In this document: positions 19,537 to 29,827 of the stretch, in pieces | Position numbering within the stretch: the stretch's first letter is position 1 | Layout of the letters: each line of letters begins with the position of its first letter | DNA from: an uncultured Eubacteriales bacterium | GTDB lineage: Bacteria; Bacillota; Clostridia; Christensenellales; CAG-138 | Length of the DNA stretch: 64,000 bases | NCBI GenBank assembly: GCA_900544965.1 | Contig: UQXE01000001.1 | Span: 1,855 to 65,854, forward strand | Direction: 5' to 3' | Translations under genes and position numbers: made by a program | The notes under the pieces: model-generated | Told to the model about the DNA's origin: nothing | The model's database searches: none | Seen by the model: only the letters and a program-made list of their open reading frames with translations

Positions 19537-21162
19537 TCAGTTATCCTCCCGTTCTTTGTTCCAGCGTTTAATAGCCGCTTTTACATAGCTTGTAAAAAGC
19601 GGATGCGGGGTATCCGGCCTGGATGTAAACTCGGGGTGGAACTGAACCCCTACATACCACGGGTGTCCGCTAAGCTCAACTATTTCAACAAGATTCCTTT
19701 CCTCGTTGATGCCCGTTACACTCATGCCCGCTTCCTCCATGGCGCCAATATAGTCGTTATTGAACTCATACCTGTGGCGGTGGCGTTCGCGTATCTGCTG
19801 TCTCCCATATGCCTCTTTAGCTATTGATCCATCCTTTAGCAGGCAGGAATACCCGCCCAGTCTGAGAGTTCCCCCAAGGTTGTCCAAATTATGTATCTGA
19901 TCCGGCATAAGGTCTATTATCGGATGCTGCGTGTTTGGATTTACCTCCGTTGAGGAAGCATCCTTATACCCAAGCACATTTCTCGCAAATTCTATTACAG
20001 CCATCTGCATTCCTAGGCAAATACCCAAAAACGGCACATTATTTTCCCTAGCGTATTTTGCGGCCGCGATCTTTCCTTCCAGCCCCCTTTCCCCGAATCC
20101 TCCTGGAACCAGTATTCCGTCGCATCCCTTAAAGAGCTCGTCCGCATTGGAGTCCCTCACGCTTTCCGCGTCGATCCACGCTATTCCCACTCTGGCGCAG
20201 TTGGCCGTGCCCGCATGATTAAGCGCCTCCGCAATGCTGAGATACGCATCGTGCAGCTCTATGTATTTGCCCACTATGGCTATCGTGCACCTGTGCCTTG
20301 GTGTGAGCTCGCGCTCTACCATAGCCTCCCACTCCGTAAGGTCTGGCACCCTCTCTTCCATATCAAGCACCTTGGTAACCGCCCTGCAAAGCCCCTCCTT
20401 TTCAAGCATGAGAGGGACGGCGTATAATGAATCAGCGTTAAGGTTTTCAACCACACAGTCAGGAGATATGTTGCAAAATAGCGCTATCTTGGCGCGTACA
20501 TCCTTGCCTATCCTTCTATCGCTGCGGCACACTATTATATCGGGCTGAATGCCTATGCTAAGCAGTTCCTTTACTGAATGCTGGGTTGGTTTTGATTTAA
20601 GTTCCCCCGCTGCGGAAATATATGGTACAAGCGTTACGTGTATAAACGCACAGTTGTTTGGCCCCGCGCTCCATTTCAGCTGGCGTATTGCCTCCAGGAA
20701 CGGCTGGCTCTCTATATCGCCTACCGTTCCTCCTATCTCAACAATTAGCACATCCGGTTTCGACTGCTGGGCAACGGTGATTACACGCGACTTTATTTCG
20801 TTTGTAATATGCGGAATGACCTGAACCGTGCCTCCGTTATAATGACCCCTGCGCTCACGCTCAATGACCGCCTGATATATCTGGCCGGAGGTGGCGTTGT
20901 TGGATTTGGTCAAAAATTCGTTGATAAACCTTTCATAGTGGCCAACATCCAGGTCGGTTTCAGCGCCATCGTCTGTAACGTACACCTCGCCATGCTGGTA
21001 TGGGTTCATCGTACCAGGATCCACATTAAGATATGGGTCTAGCTTGCAGATGGATACGCTGTAGCCACGGCTCTTGAGGAGCCTGCCTAGTCCAGCAGCC
21101 GTTATACCTTTACCCAGTGACGATACTACGCCCCCTGTAATAAAAACAAATTTTGTCTCCAT
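19537..21162 (-). CDS. pyrG: CTP synthase
   Basis: [20 protein letters not shown]-terminus and a GICLGMQ glutaminase domain; 541 aa. Confidence 0.95.
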   Translation of the reverse strand: METKFVFITGGVVSSLGKGITAAGLGRLLKSRGYSVSICKLDPYLNVDPGTMNPYQHGEVYVTDDGAETDLDVGHYERFINEFLTKSNNATSGQIYQAVIERERRGHYNGGTVQVIPHITNEIKSRVITVAQQSKPDVLIVEIGGTVGDIESQPFLEAIRQLKWSAGPNNCAFIHVTLVPYISAAGELKSKPTQHSVKELLSIGIQPDIIVCRSDRRIGKDVRAKIALFCNISPDCVVENLNADSLYAVPLMLEKEGLCRAVTKVLDMEERVPDLTEWEAMVERELTPRHRCTIAIVGKYIELHDAYLSIAEALNHAGTANCARVGIAWIDAESVRDSNADELFKGCDGILVPGGFGERGLEGKIAAAKYARENNVPFLGICLGMQMAVIEFARNVLGYKDASSTEVNPNTQHPIIDLMPDQIHNLDNLGGTLRLGGYSCLLKDGSIAKEAYGRQQIRERHRHRYEFNNDYIGAMEEAGMSVTGINEERNLVEIVELSGHPWYVGVQFHPEFTSRPDTPHPLFTSYVKAAIKRWNKEREDN

Positions 21163-21288
21163 GGTTTCCCCTTTCGATGTCTTATACGGACTATCTGCAG
21201 TCCCCTATATCATTATAAAACGGACGCCTTGCAAGACGCCCGTTCGTGAGCCCTAATGATTATACTATTATCAATCTATCATTTGCAA
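21163..21288 (-). promoter_or_regulatory. pyrG promoter and leader with a GGGCTC initially transcribed sequence and a terminator-like hairpin
   Basis: On the minus strand: TTGCAA (21288-21283), 18-nt spacer, TATAAT (21264-21259), 5 nt, GGGCTC (21253-21248). The hairpin AACGGGCGUC/GGCGUCCGUU (21244-21219) is followed by UUUUAUAAU. Confidence 0.5.
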
Positions 21289-21319
21289 CCGCATTTTTCT
21301 ATTTATTGCGCTTTCAAGA

Positions 21320-23164
21320 TTAATAGTAGAATCCCCAAAATACCATGAAAAGCACAATAATTATAGCAAACGCAATCGTAAGCATATAACATACTCTCTG
21401 ATACTTAAAGAGTTCGCTCTTTTTCCAGGTTATCGCCATCCCCAATACGCACGCGATCATAACTGCTGACATGACATAGTTGATTATAAACTGCCAGGTT
21501 GTTTGGGCATAGGTAAGGTTAGCGCTTGAGTAGCTTACGAGGATTCCGTTATTTATAGTAGTTATCAGGATGGCCAGCGCAAGCGGCAAAAGCAATTTGG
21601 AGGCGCCGCGCGTCGAAATGCACCTGCGCTTATTATGCACAATGCCTATGACAACGCCAACAACCGGTACCAGTGAGCACAACGCGCAGAGATATACGAG
21701 GATTATGCTGGAATTTATAACAGCCAAGCTTCTGTTCCACTCGGTAGGAACGTATTCAACCCCATCAAATACCATTTTATTTACAACACCGCCGCTATAG
21801 TCAAAATAGATCATATTGCCAGCCTTGTCCATGAAAAGATAAGGCTGTATCTGCGTAATAACTTCAAAATATGGTAAATATGTGGCTCCCGCCCTATAAT
21901 TTATTGAGTACATCTTTGAATATAAGTACAGCTTGTTTTCGGAAAACTTAGAATACTCCATTGAGATCAAAGGGTGATAGACCTTTAGATAGCTTACGAA
22001 TTCCTGATAGCCCGAATGAGGATGGTCGGCCCTCATAAATTCATCGGTAAGAGCCGATGGATATGGTAGCTCTTCGGTTGCGATCTCAATATTGCGCTTA
22101 CCGAACAGCCCGTCAAACGTGCTGTCCGCGCCTATGCTTCCAAGGCTTGAAAGCAATATTATACCCAAACCGTTTTCGGGCGCTAGGGCGAACGTACCGC
22201 AGAACCCGCTCATATTTACATTCTGGCCCAGGGTTTTTATATATCCATCCCGCTCAATGAAGCCATGGGATATACCGTTGATATAGTCATGTATCTTATA
22301 TGAGTATGAAAACATATTTTCAAGCGTCTCATTGCTGGAAAATAGCGGGGACGCCGCCCCTTCGGCTGGCATGAGCGCCTTCATGAACTTTGAAAGGTCT
22401 GATACAGTGCCATACGCTCCATAGGACGGGTACAGGGTAAATGCCATAACCCCGCCTTTTACCCTGTCGATAAGCTCAGGGTTATCGGACAGAGACCTGT
22501 CTACAGCTGTTGAGCCCATTCCCAAAGGCGCTAATATGTTCTCCCTGACGTATTCAGGGTAGGTCTTACCGCTTACGCACTCGATTATATAGGCTGCAAG
22601 GGACGTAGAGAAGGTGGATTCGGTTTTAAGCGTTCCAGGTCTGTAAGCCTGACCTGGTTCCACAAGCGACAGGTATTCGCCAAGAGGGAGCCTTTCATCG
22701 CCCTCGGAGAATGCCGTTTCGGAACGCCAACAGTCCTCCCAGCCGGCGTTTTGATTCATAAGATGCTCCATAGTGATTGGGTCGTTGAACCTCAGGCGCC
22801 TTAAAAAATTATTTGGGAGATAATCCCTTATATCCCTATCAAGCTCAAGCATACCCCTTTCCTTAAGCTGCATCACACTAACCCAGACAAACAGCGAACT
22901 GATGTCTCCAAGCCTGTATACGGTATCGGCGTCCCCCGTTCCGTAAAAGGCGCTGTGTACCGGCTCGCCGTTATAAAAAAGAACTATGGATGCTGAGGCG
23001 GCGGACATAAAGGCGGAGTCGCCGATGTGATCCACCATCTCTATGTATTCAAGCGCTTCCTCATCGTGCGTATAAAGGGATTGAGCATTTGTCTTTGCCA
23101 ATACGGGAGACAGGGCAAGGATGATTAGCGCTAAGAGTAATGCAAAACAGACTGCCTTTCTCAT
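21320..23164 (-). CDS. beta-lactamase-fold (serine hydrolase family) protein with a C-terminal polytopic membrane domain; the catalytic motif appears degenerate
   Basis: Signal peptide plus a class C/PBP4-like fold (YRLGDISSLFVWVSVMQLKERGML), with DISS where SxxK is expected. About 4-5 TM helices follow in the last roughly 150 aa. Confidence 0.7.
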   Translation of the reverse strand: MRKAVCFALLLALIILALSPVLAKTNAQSLYTHDEEALEYIEMVDHIGDSAFMSAASASIVLFYNGEPVHSAFYGTGDADTVYRLGDISSLFVWVSVMQLKERGMLELDRDIRDYLPNNFLRRLRFNDPITMEHLMNQNAGWEDCWRSETAFSEGDERLPLGEYLSLVEPGQAYRPGTLKTESTFSTSLAAYIIECVSGKTYPEYVRENILAPLGMGSTAVDRSLSDNPELIDRVKGGVMAFTLYPSYGAYGTVSDLSKFMKALMPAEGAASPLFSSNETLENMFSYSYKIHDYINGISHGFIERDGYIKTLGQNVNMSGFCGTFALAPENGLGIILLSSLGSIGADSTFDGLFGKRNIEIATEELPYPSALTDEFMRADHPHSGYQEFVSYLKVYHPLISMEYSKFSENKLYLYSKMYSINYRAGATYLPYFEVITQIQPYLFMDKAGNMIYFDYSGGVVNKMVFDGVEYVPTEWNRSLAVINSSIILVYLCALCSLVPVVGVVIGIVHNKRRCISTRGASKLLLPLALAILITTINNGILVSYSSANLTYAQTTWQFIINYVMSAVMIACVLGMAITWKKSELFKYQRVCYMLTIAFAIIIVLFMVFWGFYY

Positions 23165-23332
23165 GATTTCCTCCTATAAAATAAATGATTTTGACAACTT
23201 CCCAACTATATAATTATTATAGTGCATGTATAATCTCATTACAAGCTGTCCTTTACATCATGTAGTGGAATTCATTAATATATTATTTATGTTCCTTGAT
23301 CGGAATGGTTTTATAGCAAAAACTCAAATGCT

Positions 23333-23380
23333 CATAATAAAACGGATAGCTCTTCACTTGATTTTAAAGGGCTACCCGTT
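23333..23380 (-). terminator. probable terminator after the 23399-23959 gene
   Basis: Minus-strand stem ACGGGTAGC / GCTATCCGT (one G-U pair) with a 20-nt loop, then UUUUAUUAU. Confidence 0.4.
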
Positions 23381-23398
23381 ACTATGCAGAGAGGTAAA

Positions 23399-23959
23399 CT
23401 AAATAGGGTTTTCAATTATGTCCAGATAGAATTCGGCTATGCTGTCCTTTACGTCTACCGACGAACGCAGCGAACGGCGCCAATGTATTTCAGAAGGCGT
23501 CATGTCCTGAGTAATGGAAGTTAACACGTACTCCATATAAACATACATCCCTTCATCTATCAGCATAATGCCTGAGCCCAGCCTGACATCGCTATTATTC
23601 GGAACCGGCCTGATATTTAAGGGCACGGATGTACACGCTTCAACCTCATTTGAGTCCATGTCCAAAAAGAACACCAGCCTGTCGCCGCTTATAAGGCTGG
23701 ACACCTTTTCTCCCGCCTCTATGGCCTGCTCACGGCTCAGTATTAATATATCCGCACTTTCATCGGCCGTTCGTTTCAACAATATGTCTACGTCTTCATC
23801 AACGTCGTATATGATTCTGAACCCCGCTGTCGCCAGCTTGTTTTCGTACATATTCTTTATTTTATCAATCCTTGATTGGTAATACGAAGATATTATAAAA
23901 CAGCACGCTAATATGGCCATAACCGCTATTACAGGAATATAATATGTCTTCTTAGTCAT
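23399..23959 (-). CDS. hypothetical membrane-anchored protein
   Basis: 186-aa ORF with a single N-terminal TM helix (YYIPVIAVMAILACCFIISSYY) and a GGGAGGG SD upstream. Confidence 0.55.
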   Translation of the reverse strand: MTKKTYYIPVIAVMAILACCFIISSYYQSRIDKIKNMYENKLATAGFRIIYDVDEDVDILLKRTADESADILILSREQAIEAGEKVSSLISGDRLVFFLDMDSNEVEACTSVPLNIRPVPNNSDVRLGSGIMLIDEGMYVYMEYVLTSITQDMTPSEIHWRRSLRSSVDVKDSIAEFYLDIIENPI

Positions 23960-24402
23960 CAGCTGAACCCTCCCCGTATATAAAATGCATAAAAGTTAGC
24001 ATATGTGACATAATTCTATCCTGTTTTATAGGTTAAAAGAATAGTTCCCTGATAATATATTCCAGTTGTTTATGACCAATCCTAAAAACCCATATGTCGG
24101 TACTTTTATTTCCACCATTATGTTTCCCCTGTTTCCAGATGAGATAGATCTTGTCCCGGGCATAACCACCCACGTGTCACCAGCTACCGGCTTGTGCGGC
24201 AATACCCTTCAACTGTTTTCTAATTCCCCTGTAAGCGAGTTGGTTACTTTTTGGGCGTCAGCGCCATATGGTCTGAACCACCATAGATTATTATATTGCA
24301 TATAATTATAACTATCAATATGTAATTCTAAATTTAAGTATATATAAATACAGATTTTAATATGGTTTTATAAACATATTTCAAGTTTCGTCATATTGCC
24401 CC

Positions 24403-24431
24403 TTGACACAGTAAACGGGTTCGATTAAAAT
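24403..24431 (+). promoter_or_regulatory. sigma-A type promoter of the leuS T-box leader
   Basis: TTGACA (24403-24408), 17-nt spacer, TAAAAT (24426-24431). Confidence 0.55.
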
Positions 24432-24437
24432 ATCATG

Positions 24438-24682
24438 AATAAATGCATTGAAGTGGAATAGTAGGTATGGTTGCATTTTCAGAGAGCCGTAAATTAGGTG
24501 AAAGGCGGCATGTGGACGTACCGAATCTCGCCGCCGAGCTTCGCGCCCCAAGCTAACACATTTAAGGCGCGGCGTCTTTCCTCGTTACGGAATTAAAGCG
24601 GACGTTTTTCGTCAATTTGAGTGGTACCGCGGGAGTTCAGGCTTTCGTCTCATGTTTTTGAGATGAAAGTCTTTTAATTTAC
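24438..24682 (+). promoter_or_regulatory. T-box leader (tRNA-Leu sensing) with terminator/antiterminator
   Basis: AGAGAG (24481-24486), distal-loop GGTGAAAG, and a candidate specifier CUC (24527-24529) followed by a purine. The T-box sequence AATTTGAGTGGTACCGCG is at 24614-24631, and the terminator CTTTCGTCTCA/TGAGATGAAAG plus T-run at 24641-24680. Confidence 0.85.
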
Positions 24683-24718
24683 CTTTATTCATTGAAAATT
24701 AATTTGGAGGGAAATATT

Positions 24719-27130
24719 ATGGCTGAAAGATACGATCCTGCCGCTATAGAGGAGAAGTGGCAGAAGAACTGGGAGGAGGCGCGCTGTTTTGAGGCCAAGG
24801 ACGACTATTCCATGCCAAAGTACTACGCGCTTATAGAGTTTCCGTATCCTTCGGGAGAGGGTCTGCATGTGGGCCATCCCCGTTCAAACACGGCGCTCGA
24901 TATAATAGCAAGGAAAAGGCGGATGGAGGGCTATAATGTGCTGTTCCCCATCGGCTACGACGCATTTGGCCTGCCCACGGAAAATTACGCTATAAAGACA
25001 GGGCTTCATCCTCAGAGGGTTACCGAGGCCAACATAGCTAAATTCCGCGGGCAGCTAAAAAGGCTGGGCTTCTCCTTTGACTGGTCCAGAGAGATAAACA
25101 CCTCTGATCCCGAATATTACAGATGGACGCAGTGGATCTTTCTAAAGCTGTTTGAAAGAGGGCTTGCATACAAGGCGGAAATCCCCATAAACTTCTGCAC
25201 CTCATGCAAGGTGGGACTGGCTAATGAGGAGGTTGTAAACGGCGTATGCGAGCGGTGCGGCGGCGAGGTGGTCCAGCGGGTTAGAAGTCAATGGATGCTG
25301 AGGATAACGGAATACGCCCAGAGGCTTTTAGACGATCTGGACGCCGTAGATTTTATTGAGCGGGTTAAAACCCAGCAGAAGAATTGGATAGGACGAAGCG
25401 AGGGGGCTGAAATCGACTTTCCCGTTTCGGGAACGGATGAGACCCTAAGGGTGTTTACCACCAGACCGGATACTCTGTTTGGAGCGACCTATATGGTAAT
25501 TGCCCCTGAACATCCCCTGCTGGAGCGGTTTGCCGACAGAATAGATAATTTAGCGGAAGTAAGGTCCTATCAGTGTATTGCCGCTCATAAGAGCGATTTT
25601 GAACGCGGCGAGCTTTCAAGGGAAAAAACGGGCGTTCAACTTAAGGGGCTTAACGCGGTAAATCCGGCTACGGGCAAGGAGATACCAATCTGGATATCCG
25701 ATTATGTTTTGATGAGTTACGGGACAGGGGCGATAATGTCCGTGCCTGCTCACGACTCAAGGGATTTTGAGTTTGCAAGGGCTTTTAGCCTTCCGATAAT
25801 TGAGGTAATAGCCGGCGGGGACGTATCAAAGGAGGCCTATACCGACTGCAAGCATGGGGTGCTGGTCAACTCCGGTTTTCTCAACGGCATGGAGGTTGGC
25901 GATGCAATCCCAGCTATGATACGGTGGCTGGAGAAAAAAGGCATAGGCGAAAAAAAGGTCAACTATAAGCTTCGCGACTGGGTGTTTACACGCCAGCGCT
26001 ATTGGGGCGAACCAATACCGCTTGTGTATTGCGATCGCTGCGGATGGGTTCCGCTGCCCTATGACGAGCTGCCGCTTAAGCTTCCTGATGTAGACGACTA
26101 TGCCCCGTCCGACGACGGCTCGTCAGCGCTATCCAAGGCCGCCGAGTGGGTTCATGCATCCTGCCCTAAATGTGGCGCTCCCGCCTTGCGTGAAACCGAC
26201 ACGATGCCAAACTGGGCTGGGTCAAGCTGGTATTATATGCGTTATACGGACCCGCATAACGATAAGGCCCTCGCATCAAAGGAAGCCTTGGATTACTGGC
26301 TCCCCGTTGACTGGTACAATGGAGGCATGGAGCATACTACGCTGCACCTGCTGTACTCACGTTTCTGGCATAAGTTTTTATATGATATTGGCGTAGCATC
26401 CACGCCAGAACCGTATTTAAAGCGCACCAGTCATGGAATGATACTAGGTGAGAATGGAGAAAAAATGTCCAAGTCGCGCGGCAATGTGATAGCCCCCGAT
26501 TCAATAGTGGATGAAATCGGGGCGGACGCGTTCCGCATGTACGAAATGTTTATGGGCGCCTTTGACCAGCCCATACCCTGGAGCACGCAGGGCGCAAAGG
26601 GATGCAAACGCTTCCTTGACAGGGTTTGGCGGCTCATGGACATGCTGATCAGCTATGATGGCATACGGCCTGAGATGCGTCCGCTTATACATGGCGCCAT
26701 AAAGAAGGTTGGCGAGGATTATGAACGGATGAAGTTCAATACTGCCATAGCAGCGCTGATGAGCCTTGTAAACGAAATGTACGCTATTGGAGGGATTGCC
26801 AGGGAAGAACTGCATACCCTGCTGACTCTGCTTTCGCCCGTTTCCCCCCATATATGCGAAGAGATGAACGAGCTATTGGGTTATACAACCCCTCTGTACG
26901 ATGCTCAATGGCCTCAGTATGACGAATCCGCGCTCATAAAGGAGTCGATGGAATACGGAGTGCAAATAAACGGTAAGATCAAAGCCCGTATTGAACTGCC
27001 TTGCGGTATTGACAGGGAAGAGACTGAACGGCTGGCGCTTGGGCACAGAGGGGTAACGCCTCTCATAGAAGGCAGGACCGTACGAAAGGTCATCGTGGCA
27101 AAGAATGTAATCAATATCGTTGTTTCATAG
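24719..27130 (+). CDS. leuS: leucyl-tRNA synthetase
   Basis: [19 protein letters not shown]-terminus, HVGH (HIGH-type) and KMSKS motifs. The SD TGGAGGG lies upstream of the ATG at 24719. Confidence 0.95.
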   Translation: MAERYDPAAIEEKWQKNWEEARCFEAKDDYSMPKYYALIEFPYPSGEGLHVGHPRSNTALDIIARKRRMEGYNVLFPIGYDAFGLPTENYAIKTGLHPQRVTEANIAKFRGQLKRLGFSFDWSREINTSDPEYYRWTQWIFLKLFERGLAYKAEIPINFCTSCKVGLANEEVVNGVCERCGGEVVQRVRSQWMLRITEYAQRLLDDLDAVDFIERVKTQQKNWIGRSEGAEIDFPVSGTDETLRVFTTRPDTLFGATYMVIAPEHPLLERFADRIDNLAEVRSYQCIAAHKSDFERGELSREKTGVQLKGLNAVNPATGKEIPIWISDYVLMSYGTGAIMSVPAHDSRDFEFARAFSLPIIEVIAGGDVSKEAYTDCKHGVLVNSGFLNGMEVGDAIPAMIRWLEKKGIGEKKVNYKLRDWVFTRQRYWGEPIPLVYCDRCGWVPLPYDELPLKLPDVDDYAPSDDGSSALSKAAEWVHASCPKCGAPALRETDTMPNWAGSSWYYMRYTDPHNDKALASKEALDYWLPVDWYNGGMEHTTLHLLYSRFWHKFLYDIGVASTPEPYLKRTSHGMILGENGEKMSKSRGNVIAPDSIVDEIGADAFRMYEMFMGAFDQPIPWSTQGAKGCKRFLDRVWRLMDMLISYDGIRPEMRPLIHGAIKKVGEDYERMKFNTAIAALMSLVNEMYAIGGIAREELHTLLTLLSPVSPHICEEMNELLGYTTPLYDAQWPQYDESALIKESMEYGVQINGKIKARIELPCGIDREETERLALGHRGVTPLIEGRTVRKVIVAKNVINIVVS

Positions 27131-27149
27131 GATCAATAAGCATTAAAGC

Positions 27150-27189
27150 GGAGAGGGCGGAGATAGGACGCCCTCTCCATTTTTATTTT
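27150..27189 (+). terminator. leuS terminator
   Basis: GGAGAGGGCG / CGCCCTCTCC 10-bp stem with a 9-nt loop, followed by ATTTTTATTTT. Confidence 0.8.
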
Positions 27190-27428
27190 CGGCATGCGAA
27201 TTTACCCCAGCAGTACCCTGGCCCCTTCTCCAGCGTATAAAAGAACAAACAATCCAACGCACAGCGCTGAAAGCACAAGTACCATAAGATAATACCAGCC
27301 ATAGGAAATTCTACGCCACCACGGCTTTTTAACGTCCATTTCACATTTTGCTCACATTCTTGATTTATGCTATTATTATATCATAATTTTTGTGTTTTGA
27401 CGCATAATCCAACACCCGGAGGTGCCCT

Positions 27429-28301
27429 ATGAGGGATTTTACCATTACAAGCGATTCAACCGTGGATATAGGACCGGAACGCATGCGGGAGCTTAACGTG
27501 CCATATGTAAGCCTAAAGTGCATCCATAAAGACGGAGAGTTTTCCGACGATATGACCGAAGCAACCGCTAAAAGAATATACGGTCTCATGCGAGACGGCA
27601 ACAAAATCAGCACATCCCAGGCACTGGCCGATGATTATGTCCGGCTTTGGCAGCCGATCCTTGAAAAAGGGCATGATATTGTGCATTTGGGCTTTTCAAG
27701 CGGGCTGTCTGGTTCAGTTGGAGGAGCGCAGCTGGCGGCAAATATGCTTTTGGATAAATATCCTGGAAGCCAAATATATGTGTCCGATTCATTAAGCGCT
27801 TCCGGCGGACAGGGGCTTCTTTTAGAGCATATGGTAAATCAAAAGAAAGCCGGGTTGACCGCGGAGGAGTGTTTCCGTTTTGCGGAGGATACAAAGTTAA
27901 ACGTACATCACTGGTTTACCGTAAGTGAACTTACATATCTCAGGCGGGGCGGCCGCGTTAAAGCTACCGCTGCGTTTGTAGCGGACATACTGCATATTAA
28001 GCCGGTATTGAACATGGACAATGCCGGACATCTGATACCCAGGGTAAAGGTAAAGGGCAGGAAGTCCGCTGTTAAACGCCTGTTTGATAACATGTGCAAA
28101 TATATATCGATAGAAAAAAATCCCTTTGTCAACATTACTCATGCCGACTGCATAGAGGACGCACTACTGCTCAGCGATATGATAAAGGCCATGTTTAGGG
28201 GAATAAAGGTACAGATATCCATGATAGGCGCTACAATAGGTTCGCACAGCGGACCCGGTACGCTCGCCTTGTTCTTTATTGGATGCCCCAGGGAAACCTG
28301 A
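27429..28301 (+). CDS. DegV family fatty-acid-binding protein
   Basis: 290 aa with the layout typical of DegV (ITSDSTVDI..., GFSSGLSGS). Confidence 0.85.
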   Translation: MRDFTITSDSTVDIGPERMRELNVPYVSLKCIHKDGEFSDDMTEATAKRIYGLMRDGNKISTSQALADDYVRLWQPILEKGHDIVHLGFSSGLSGSVGGAQLAANMLLDKYPGSQIYVSDSLSASGGQGLLLEHMVNQKKAGLTAEECFRFAEDTKLNVHHWFTVSELTYLRRGGRVKATAAFVADILHIKPVLNMDNAGHLIPRVKVKGRKSAVKRLFDNMCKYISIEKNPFVNITHADCIEDALLLSDMIKAMFRGIKVQISMIGATIGSHSGPGTLALFFIGCPRET

Positions 28302-28334
28302 TTATCGTCTTAGGACACAATGCTGTTTTAGGTT

Positions 28335-28368
28335 AAAGCGCGGCTCCTTCGGACCGCGTTTTAATTTT
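28335..28368 (+). terminator. terminator after degV
   Basis: AAAGCGCGG(C)TCC TTC GGACCGCGTTTT hairpin followed by a T-run. Confidence 0.6.
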
Positions 28369-28400
28369 GGGAGAAACAGCAATCGGCGAGTAATTGACCG

Positions 28401-28429
28401 TTTACAATGATGACTAAACGTGCTAAAAT
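28401..28429 (+). promoter_or_regulatory. candidate sigma-A promoter for tig-clpP-clpX
   Basis: TTTACA (28401-28406), 17-nt spacer, TAAAAT (28424-28429). Confidence 0.4.
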
Positions 28430-28480
28430 GTTGCGATGTTAAAGTAAAAGGAAAAGAATGCAATCCGGAGGATAATAAGT

Positions 28481-29803
28481 ATGTCAACATTTGAAACGCT
28501 TGAGGGAAGCAGGGTAAAAATTTCGATGGAAATCGATTCCAGATCGCTGGAGGACGCTATGCAGCGAGAATATATTAAAACCGCCAAGGATTTTAATATG
28601 CCTGGTTTTAGAAAGGGAAAAGCTCCCAGAAGAGTAATCGAAACGACTTACGGCCCGTTCGTTTTTTTTGACGGCGCGTTTGACGCCCTGTATTATTCAA
28701 TATATGAAAACGCTGTTATTGAGCATGGCATTAAACCTGTAGAATCGCCGAAAATAGAGATCGAATCGGTTCGCGGCATGAGCGCGGATGATGATTTGCC
28801 CGAAGGCGTCGGCGTTAGATTTTCAGCTATAGTAGCTGTCTATCCCGAAGTCGCTTTGGGCGATTATAAGGGTATAGAAGTACTCAAGCGCGAGTATACT
28901 GTTACGGATGAAATGGTGGATGCGGAAATAAACCGTGACCGCGAAAGCATGGCTCGATTCGTAGAGGTTGATAGGCCTGTCGAGAACGGCGATACCGTCA
29001 ATCTGGACTATTCCGGAAGCGTTGACGGCGTTAAGTTTGACGGGGGCACGGCTCAAAATCAGGAGCTTCTAATAGGCTCTGGAAGGTTTATCCCCGGATT
29101 CGAGGAACAGCTTGTGGGTATGACTGAGGGCCAAACCCAGGAAATCACAGTAACGTTCCCCGAGGAATACCATGCTAAAGAGCTTGCCGGAAGGGAAGCT
29201 GTCTTCGAGGTAAAGATCAACGATATACGTGTTAAGGAGCTTCCGGAGGCTGATGATGAATTTGCACAGGATATATCCGATTTTGAAACCTTTGCGGATT
29301 ATAGATCGGACCTGCGCAAAAAGCTGGAAGAACGTGCTGAAGAACGCAGACGTCACGAATTTGAGAGCGATGCGATCCAGGGTGCCGTAGATAACGCTAA
29401 ACTTGATCTTCCCGATGCGCTGATAGAGGATGAGTTGAACGCCATGATAGACGATCTGCGCCATACCATGGCTCAACAGGGATTTACCTTGGATATGTTC
29501 TGCGAGTATACTGGTAAATCAATAGATCAGATACGCGATGAGTATAGGCCCGACGCGGAGATACGCGCAAAGACCAGACTCGTTCTGGATGCTATTGCGG
29601 ATAAGGAAGGCGTTGAGGTCTCCGACGAAGATATAAATAAGGCAATTAACGATTTTCTGGAGTCCATGCAAAGCGAGCAGGAACGTAAGGAGCTTGATAC
29701 GGACATCATGAGATCTAACATGAGAGCCTTTTTTGCGAACAAGTTAAAGCGTGATCGCACGGTTTCCATAATCGTTGACAGCGCTACGGAGAAAGCCGAG
29801 TAG
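28481..29803 (+). CDS. tig: trigger factor
   Basis: 440 aa with an N-terminal GFRKGKAP ribosome-binding motif and a central FKBP domain. Confidence 0.95.
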   Translation: MSTFETLEGSRVKISMEIDSRSLEDAMQREYIKTAKDFNMPGFRKGKAPRRVIETTYGPFVFFDGAFDALYYSIYENAVIEHGIKPVESPKIEIESVRGMSADDDLPEGVGVRFSAIVAVYPEVALGDYKGIEVLKREYTVTDEMVDAEINRDRESMARFVEVDRPVENGDTVNLDYSGSVDGVKFDGGTAQNQELLIGSGRFIPGFEEQLVGMTEGQTQEITVTFPEEYHAKELAGREAVFEVKINDIRVKELPEADDEFAQDISDFETFADYRSDLRKKLEERAEERRRHEFESDAIQGAVDNAKLDLPDALIEDELNAMIDDLRHTMAQQGFTLDMFCEYTGKSIDQIRDEYRPDAEIRAKTRLVLDAIADKEGVEVSDEDINKAINDFLESMQSEQERKELDTDIMRSNMRAFFANKLKRDRTVSIIVDSATEKAE

Positions 29804-29827
29804 ACATACCCAGTTAAGGAGGACTTT

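Noticed and set aside
24066-24305. 79-aa plus-strand ORF
   Set aside because: It has no SD, and the opposite strand carries more gene-like remnants. It is listed as an ambiguous remnant rather than a gene. Reading the minus-strand TGA as selenocysteine was also rejected because no SECIS-like hairpin follows it.
29804-29827. CtsR or CIRCE operator in front of clpP
   Set aside because: The tig-clpP spacer is only 24 nt and holds just an SD. I found no GGTCAAA direct repeat or CIRCE palindrome upstream of tig either.
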